A DNA stretch of 40,176 nucleotides. Origin: a virus. The notes below the pieces were generated by a model, which saw only the letters and a program-made list of their open reading frames with translations, ran no database searches and had not been told where the DNA came from. Positions 34,510 to 40,176 of this stretch are shown here, piece by piece. The DNA lies in IMG/VR virus record IMGVR_UViG_3300028189_000548, positions 1 to 40,176 of that record, one strand, 5' to 3'. Every line of letters begins with the position of its first letter. Within the stretch, counting starts at the first letter, position 1. The position numbers and the translations under genes were made by a program.

Positions 34510-37500
34510 TTATCCTAAACCACTAAATAATTTAGCCATGGGTTCGATTCTGTTAGGTTTATCTACAACATTTTCTTCAGAAGTAAATGTCCCCTTTGTT
34601 CCAGTACCATCTTTGTCTAATGACCAACCTTTGTCATCTAACCAACCTAATTCATAATGTTTACCAAGTGTAGATGGCATATACTTGCCAACATAAGTGA
34701 AACTACAATCACATTTAATATATTTTGGAAATTGTAATCCATCTTCTATTTCCCAAGTTGAGTTATCTTCTACACTAACACTTAAACTATCAAGAAAACC
34801 AGGAGTATCAACAAACATATCACCAATAGTTAATTCAATAAATGGTGCAATCATTCTATTGTCTGGAGTAAACGATGGATAACATAATCCTATAAGATAA
34901 TTTAATTTTTCAAGTAATACTGGAAATTCTTGTTTTGTTTTTGGGTATATATCAAAATTAAAACTAACTTTTCTTTCTGTTCCACTATAAACATATACTT
35001 GATCTGGTCTACCTATATATCTTGTACCTGTCCATTCTGGAGTTATACTATCTGATATACCACTTAGTAGTGCTCTGAATATAAGAAATTTAGTGTTTAC
35101 TATATCTTTGAATTTAAATTTTACAAAATCACTTACATCTTCTGGTAAATCTTTTCCATATGGATGTATATTAATTTTATCTGTAGCAATTGATTTATAT
35201 TTATATTTATCATCACCAGTATTAGTTTTAATAACTCCTAATCCTGCACCGGCAGCTGCATTAGGATCTAATATTCTTTTTAAACCCTGTTGTTTTCCTG
35301 GATGTCCAATATTCGTAGATACTTGTCCATAAGCCATCAGAGTTGCTTTGTACTTTTCAATAATCTCATTTTGCGCTTTTATATCTGACTTATCTTGTTC
35401 ATATACCTCTAACTTAGTTCCGTAATCCTTTACAGCCGCATCATATTTTAAACCTGCTTCTAGATCCAGATCTCCACCTTCTCTTCCAACATTAGGATTC
35501 GTTGGTGCTATTGGTTCATCACTTGCACTTGCACCCTCTCCAGGTATTGGAGAATCAGATGGTATATATTTTCCACCCAATTGGTCATAAGATTTAGTTT
35601 TATATCGTTTATGAATAAGATCCGGACTACCAGCTGATGTATCACTAGAACTTTTTACTACTCTATCAGAGTACCAATTTCCTTTAAATACATTTTGATA
35701 TTTATAATTTTTCGTTCCCAATTCTAATGGTTTTGGTGCACCATCTTCATCCCATACTCTAGTAGGTGCATATTCATTATAATGAGTACCCCAAAATTGT
35801 GCTGCTACAGGACCGATTTGTACAAATCCATATGGATCAATTCCGACTTGAAAATCTACCAATTTTGATAAGGCAAATAAACCATATTTATTTTTTTCAC
35901 CCCACCAACCAGATCCTGGTAAAGGAAGCCCATCAGAAAGAGTTTCTTTTCTGGATTCAGCAAACGGCCCTTTCTGACTAAATACATATTGTGTTGGTGT
36001 GGCTGGAGTTCCACCAAAACGAGACATACCACCTATATAATTTTTAAACTTATCCCACGGTTTAAGATCAGTATCAGGGGTTGGTATAATAAATTTATTT
36101 GTTAATCTTGTTAATCTACTATAATGATGTTCGGTGGAAGCCCCAAAATCACCATCGACATCCTCTATATCTTCCCCAATCTTACCAAAACCATCTTTAA
36201 CACGAGTTCCATATCCCCAAGTTTCAACAGTTGATGCATCTAAAAAGAACGCTTCGGGTTTTCCCAAAACTCCATAATTTTTCCAATAATTTCCATATGA
36301 ATCTTCACCTTCTCCCGTAAATGTTGTAGAATGTCTTTGTGTATGAACAAAGGGCAGTAATGATGCCTGAATTCCCAACATACTAAAATCTCGTGTTTCT
36401 GGTCTTGGATTTAGATCCTGTAAGAAAGTTTGATTCCTTATCCAATTTTTTCCTATTGGAGATGCTCCCCATTGATTAATTCTTTCAATATCTTCTGCTG
36501 CGGCTAAACTTGCCAATACTATATTATCCCTACCAACAATAGTTCTTTCACCAACATCTTTTATTACATATGGTTGATAAGTATCTGGTAACTGTTGTGG
36601 GAGTAACCTAAGATTATCACCTAATCCTACCCCCTTATATGGCCAATTGGGATTATCAGCTTGTGCTTGATAAAATATAGCCGATAACGCAGTTCCGGCA
36701 AATTCTCCCGAAAGTTCATCACTTAGAGTGAAATCTTCATACAAAGGCGGAAATAGATTTGTACTTTGAATTGGAAGGGAATCAGTTATATATCGTTCTG
36801 AATAAGAATATCCAAATTGATCTCCTATAGAATATGAAAAAATATTATTTGGATATGCACCTTGAACATTAAATGTTCTCTGAGGGTTTTCTGATATATC
36901 ATCAAAATCTGATGGTCTTGTGTATTTCATGTTCTCTGGATTCTGATAAATAGACGGAAACGGAGTTCCAAGTGGACTAAATGCATCTAAATTTGCAAAT
37001 TGTAAAGCTTGACCACCAATTGCTGCTGCTTCTGTAACATCACTTGGAATATGAATTGAACCATCTTTCCAAGGCGTAGTAGCTCCCGTTTCATCAAATA
37101 AATCAGTACCTACCGTTATCGGTGTAAAGGGTGAAGTTAAAAAATGATGTTGATATACTTCCGTTGTTTTATTGGCTTCAGGAAATGTCATATCTTCCCA
37201 AGTTGTCGCTGGTGATGTTTGATCACTTGGAATATGAATTGAACCTTGCTTCCATCCTTCGAATGTTATATAGCTCATATTACCAAACATATCTAATGTT
37301 ATTTGATTAAGAAAAGGATTCAAATTAAGATTCAAATGATTAAATGGAACAGAAAAAGGACTACCAAAATGGTCATATAATTTAGTTCCTTCAGGTGATA
37401 ATTCGTGGAAAATTTTGTCTGGCCATGGTTCTGCGTAATTGGGCCAGAATGCATCATCAGGTGAATATTGACTTGCATAATTCTCTAATGGAACTGTATT

Positions 37501-38613
37501 ACTTCCATGTGCATCTGCTGATATAGGTGTTAATTGTAAAGTACTCTGATAATCTTCATCCCCAAATGGACCAGATAGTGTTATTTGTGGAATATTATGT
37601 GTTATTTGATCCACAGTAAAATCTAAAATATTACTCGGATATTGTTCTGTTATTCCAGGTGGAACTGTAGTTGCTTCTATTGTCGGAACTCTATAATCAC
37701 CATTCTCATCCATATATATTGATGACCTACCTGCTAATGATTTCAAATCTCCATAATAATTAACACCACCACCAAGTACACCAGCAATATCGTCTGTTCC
37801 TATATGCACAGACCCAAGTTTCCAACCACTAGTTTGTCCTTGATTAAGAAATGGAGATGTATTAAGTGATAAATGCTTAAATGGAACACTAAATGGACTA
37901 TTAAAAGTATCATATAATTTAGTTCCCTCTATACCATCATATGTATGAAAAATATCTGTTGGATGTGTTTGTGCATAAGATGGAAAAAATGGATCAGTTG
38001 GTGAATGGGTGCTTGTATATGATGATATTGGTGGATTAACTAATGCACCATAAGCTCCTTCTGCTCTAGGAGATATATCAAGAGTCTCTTCTTCAACAAC
38101 TCCATATTCTAAAGATGAATTCATACCCGCGATAGTATGTGATAATGGAGTTAATGTATAATTAAGTGGATCACCTATAGCATATTCAGATACTCCCATA
38201 TCAACTGTAAATCCAAGTGGTGGTCCTCCTGGCGGAATAAATCCTTGTCCTTGTTGAGTTCCATCCATATAATCTGTTACACCATATGGACCTCTATCGG
38301 GTGGTTGAGTATTAAGTGGACCAAATTCACTTTCCATATTTACTAGAGCTGATTCGGCTGGTCTATAAAAAGATTTATTTCCTGTAACTATGTCTCCACG
38401 AACCGTATATGATTGTGGATTGTCATTTGGGTAAGTTCCAGATCCTATTCCATCATCATGTATAGAATGTTCCGTTTGATGTGGAAATAATTTATCCTTA
38501 GTAGAACCATGAACACCACCTTTATTTGGATCAATATCAGTATCATCACCGATTTTATTATATTCAGTCCATTTAAAGTTTTCTAAGTTTTCTGTTAGTT
38601 TTACTATACTCAT
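34510..38613 (-). CDS. 1367-aa virion protein with C-terminal tail-tube-initiator (gp48/gp54-like) domain
   Basis: C-terminal FRA...W...YIGRPDQVYVYSGTERKVSFNF...P.I.LTIGD...G..SL.V; long repetitive Pro/Gly-rich N-terminal region. Confidence 0.6.
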   Translation of the reverse strand: MSIVKLTENLENFKWTEYNKIGDDTDIDPNKGGVHGSTKDKLFPHQTEHSIHDDGIGSGTYPNDNPQSYTVRGDIVTGNKSFYRPAESALVNMESEFGPLNTQPPDRGPYGVTDYMDGTQQGQGFIPPGGPPLGFTVDMGVSEYAIGDPLNYTLTPLSHTIAGMNSSLEYGVVEEETLDISPRAEGAYGALVNPPISSYTSTHSPTDPFFPSYAQTHPTDIFHTYDGIEGTKLYDTFNSPFSVPFKHLSLNTSPFLNQGQTSGWKLGSVHIGTDDIAGVLGGGVNYYGDLKSLAGRSSIYMDENGDYRVPTIEATTVPPGITEQYPSNILDFTVDQITHNIPQITLSGPFGDEDYQSTLQLTPISADAHGSNTVPLENYASQYSPDDAFWPNYAEPWPDKIFHELSPEGTKLYDHFGSPFSVPFNHLNLNLNPFLNQITLDMFGNMSYITFEGWKQGSIHIPSDQTSPATTWEDMTFPEANKTTEVYQHHFLTSPFTPITVGTDLFDETGATTPWKDGSIHIPSDVTEAAAIGGQALQFANLDAFSPLGTPFPSIYQNPENMKYTRPSDFDDISENPQRTFNVQGAYPNNIFSYSIGDQFGYSYSERYITDSLPIQSTNLFPPLYEDFTLSDELSGEFAGTALSAIFYQAQADNPNWPYKGVGLGDNLRLLPQQLPDTYQPYVIKDVGERTIVGRDNIVLASLAAAEDIERINQWGASPIGKNWIRNQTFLQDLNPRPETRDFSMLGIQASLLPFVHTQRHSTTFTGEGEDSYGNYWKNYGVLGKPEAFFLDASTVETWGYGTRVKDGFGKIGEDIEDVDGDFGASTEHHYSRLTRLTNKFIIPTPDTDLKPWDKFKNYIGGMSRFGGTPATPTQYVFSQKGPFAESRKETLSDGLPLPGSGWWGEKNKYGLFALSKLVDFQVGIDPYGFVQIGPVAAQFWGTHYNEYAPTRVWDEDGAPKPLELGTKNYKYQNVFKGNWYSDRVVKSSSDTSAGSPDLIHKRYKTKSYDQLGGKYIPSDSPIPGEGASASDEPIAPTNPNVGREGGDLDLEAGLKYDAAVKDYGTKLEVYEQDKSDIKAQNEIIEKYKATLMAYGQVSTNIGHPGKQQGLKRILDPNAAAGAGLGVIKTNTGDDKYKYKSIATDKINIHPYGKDLPEDVSDFVKFKFKDIVNTKFLIFRALLSGISDSITPEWTGTRYIGRPDQVYVYSGTERKVSFNFDIYPKTKQEFPVLLEKLNYLIGLCYPSFTPDNRMIAPFIELTIGDMFVDTPGFLDSLSVSVEDNSTWEIEDGLQFPKYIKCDCSFTYVGKYMPSTLGKHYELGWLDDKGWSLDKDGTGTKGTFTSEENVVDKPNRIEPMAKLFSGLG

Positions 38614-38616
38614 TTA

Positions 38617-40176
38617 TTATCTCTGTTGAAATGCACTTTCTGTTGCCGATTTTTGTCGTCTTGCTTGATCTGTTACTAATTCTGATGTCGGTTGTTTTGC
38701 TAATAATGATATTACTGCATCTAATTTAGATTCCATTTTAGAATTGTCTATGTTTACTATTGATTGTTGTTGATTATTCATTGATCCCATAAGATTTGGT
38801 GCTGCCATTACATCATCATTTTTAGATAAATTATATAATCCACCTTCTTTTGTGGATATTTGAGTTTTACCTTTTGCTGGACTCATAACATCACCTGCTG
38901 CCATATTTTTTACACCCGCAGCGGCAGCAAATATACCGGCCCCTAACGCTCCACCTACTACAGCTCCTGTTGCCATTCCACCCAAAATACCTAAACCAAC
39001 ACCAGTAACGATTAATGCTCCTGCAATGGCTCCGAGAACACCAAGAATAATTGCACCCCACATTGCCCATTTACCAACACCAGCTCCTTGTGCTTTATTG
39101 GAGGCGCCTTGTGTCTTTACAAATTCTGCTAAATTTGCACCACTCAATCCAATGGCATCTCCTAATGACCTACGTTGAACTACACTCATTTTAGCAAATT
39201 CAGCTTCTCCACCTGCCTGTATTTTAACTTCTTTCATCATAGCAGCTAAATCACCACTATATGCTAATTGACGCGCTTTATCAAAATTTATTTGACGACC
39301 AAGTAATACTGATGCTTCCATTTCTGCGGCTATTGATGATTCCCAATCTAATAATTTATCTGCTACTGATGCTGTTGCATCTAAACTTAATCCCATACCT
39401 GCGGCCTGTTTAGCGGCCTCTTTCATATTTTCACCACCATCTTTTGCATAGTCTGCAAATAAATCTGCATGACTGGCGATATCTGCCATAACTTTGCCAG
39501 CTGCTAATCCGTCATTTATAAATTCTTTCATCCACTTGGCATTTTGTTCACTTGCCTGTTCTTTTGATAATCCAGTAATAGATTCTTGTAACATCATTAC
39601 TTTTGCTAAATCAGCGGCTTGTGCTCCACTCCAAAAAGCTTGCCATTTCATACTAAAAAGTAAGGAATTACTTACATCTCGTAAACTACCAAATTCATCA
39701 AGAACTGCCTTAGTTTCTTCTTTAAAAAGTAATGCTCCTGCATTAAGTTCACCAAAACCAACACCTAATTCTCGTGCAAAATTAAATGTCGATACTGCCC
39801 AACCAGCTATTGCCGTACCAACTGCTATGGCTCCGATGCCTAATTTTCCCATCCCTTTTTTTGCAGATGATATACCCTTTTTGTGCTCAGCATATTGTTC
39901 TGATACTTGAGTTTTACTTAAATCCTGTCCAGCTTTCTCTTTTTGAAATTCATTCCAGTTTAGTACATCACCAGTCGAACCTCTCATTGATGAAACTAAA
40001 TCATTTGCAAGATCCTTACCTTTCCCTTTTTTTGCAGATGATATACCCTTTTTGTGCTCAGCATATTGTTCTGATACTTGAGTTTTACTTAAATCCTGCC
40101 CAGCTTTCTTTTTTTGAAATCCCAATGGATGTTCTGATACTTGAGTTTTACTTAAATCCTGCCCAGCTTTCTTTTT
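38617..40176 (-). CDS. Partial tape-measure-like protein (open to the right edge)
   Basis: Ala/Gly-rich helical sequence with hydrophobic segments. The frame is open beyond the TTG at 40125 to base 40176, so the true start lies outside the window. Confidence 0.65.
   Translation of the reverse strand, partial: KKKAGQDLSKTQVSEHPLGFQKKKAGQDLSKTQVSEQYAEHKKGISSAKKGKGKDLANDLVSSMRGSTGDVLNWNEFQKEKAGQDLSKTQVSEQYAEHKKGISSAKKGMGKLGIGAIAVGTAIAGWAVSTFNFARELGVGFGELNAGALLFKEETKAVLDEFGSLRDVSNSLLFSMKWQAFWSGAQAADLAKVMMLQESITGLSKEQASEQNAKWMKEFINDGLAAGKVMADIASHADLFADYAKDGGENMKEAAKQAAGMGLSLDATASVADKLLDWESSIAAEMEASVLLGRQINFDKARQLAYSGDLAAMMKEVKIQAGGEAEFAKMSVVQRRSLGDAIGLSGANLAEFVKTQGASNKAQGAGVGKWAMWGAIILGVLGAIAGALIVTGVGLGILGGMATGAVVGGALGAGIFAAAAGVKNMAAGDVMSPAKGKTQISTKEGGLYNLSKNDDVMAAPNLMGSMNNQQQSIVNIDNSKMESKLDAVISLLAKQPTSELVTDQARRQKSATESAFQQR
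39853..40176. repeat. In-frame near-identical repeats (97 bp x2 plus 47-bp partial copy)
   Basis: 39853-39949 vs 40024-40120 (171-nt period); 40067-40113 vs 40130-40176 (63-nt period); encode KAGQDLSKTQVSE x3. Confidence 0.85.

Noticed and set aside
34540-34553. GGGTTCGATTC resembling a tRNA T-arm
   Set aside because: It is inside a coding region on the opposite strand with no acceptor stem or cloverleaf; no tRNA is supported in the window.
819-39910. All plus-strand ORFs in the supplied track
   Set aside because: They lie antisense to well-supported minus-strand genes, have no recognisable motifs or SD context, and look like shadow ORFs.
39853-40176. CRISPR-like repeat array
   Set aside because: Copies are irregularly spaced, in frame within a CDS, and lack unique spacers of uniform length.

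Overview
AT-rich 40 kb segment of a large tailed dsDNA phage (T4-like/jumbo myovirus-type gene set). All credible genes are on the minus strand. Reading in the direction of transcription (right to left), it has a tail/baseplate module (38-30 kb), metabolic and accessory genes (APS kinase plus a small nucleotidyltransferase, a PolA-like protein, a GH6 glycosidase, CspA), and then a replication/recombination/DNA-modification module: gp32-like SSB, RecA/UvsX, 5'-3' exonuclease, three DNA methyltransferases, DnaB/gp41 helicase, class II ribonucleotide reductase, family B DNA polymerase, sliding clamp and RFC-like clamp loader. Four core replication genes are fractured, each with a free-standing endonuclease gene between the halves. 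Three (clamp loader, NrdJ, helicase) carry apparently intact split inteins, and the helicase also has a cis mini-intein. PolB instead carries what looks like a catalytically dead half-intein. The most unusual signal is two tiny stop-codon-bearing insertions in catalytic motifs, each just downstream of an endonuclease gene and each inside a predicted stem/5-nt-bulge/stem hairpin. One is 5 nt in the PolB DTDS motif (ACT-TG-ACT, matched take-off/landing codons around a TGA); the other is 10 nt right after the methyltransferase DPPYG motif. They resemble miniature versions of the T4 mobA/gene 60 endonuclease-plus-ribosomal-bypass cassette. All homology calls come from motif recognition by eye; no searches or folding programs were run.
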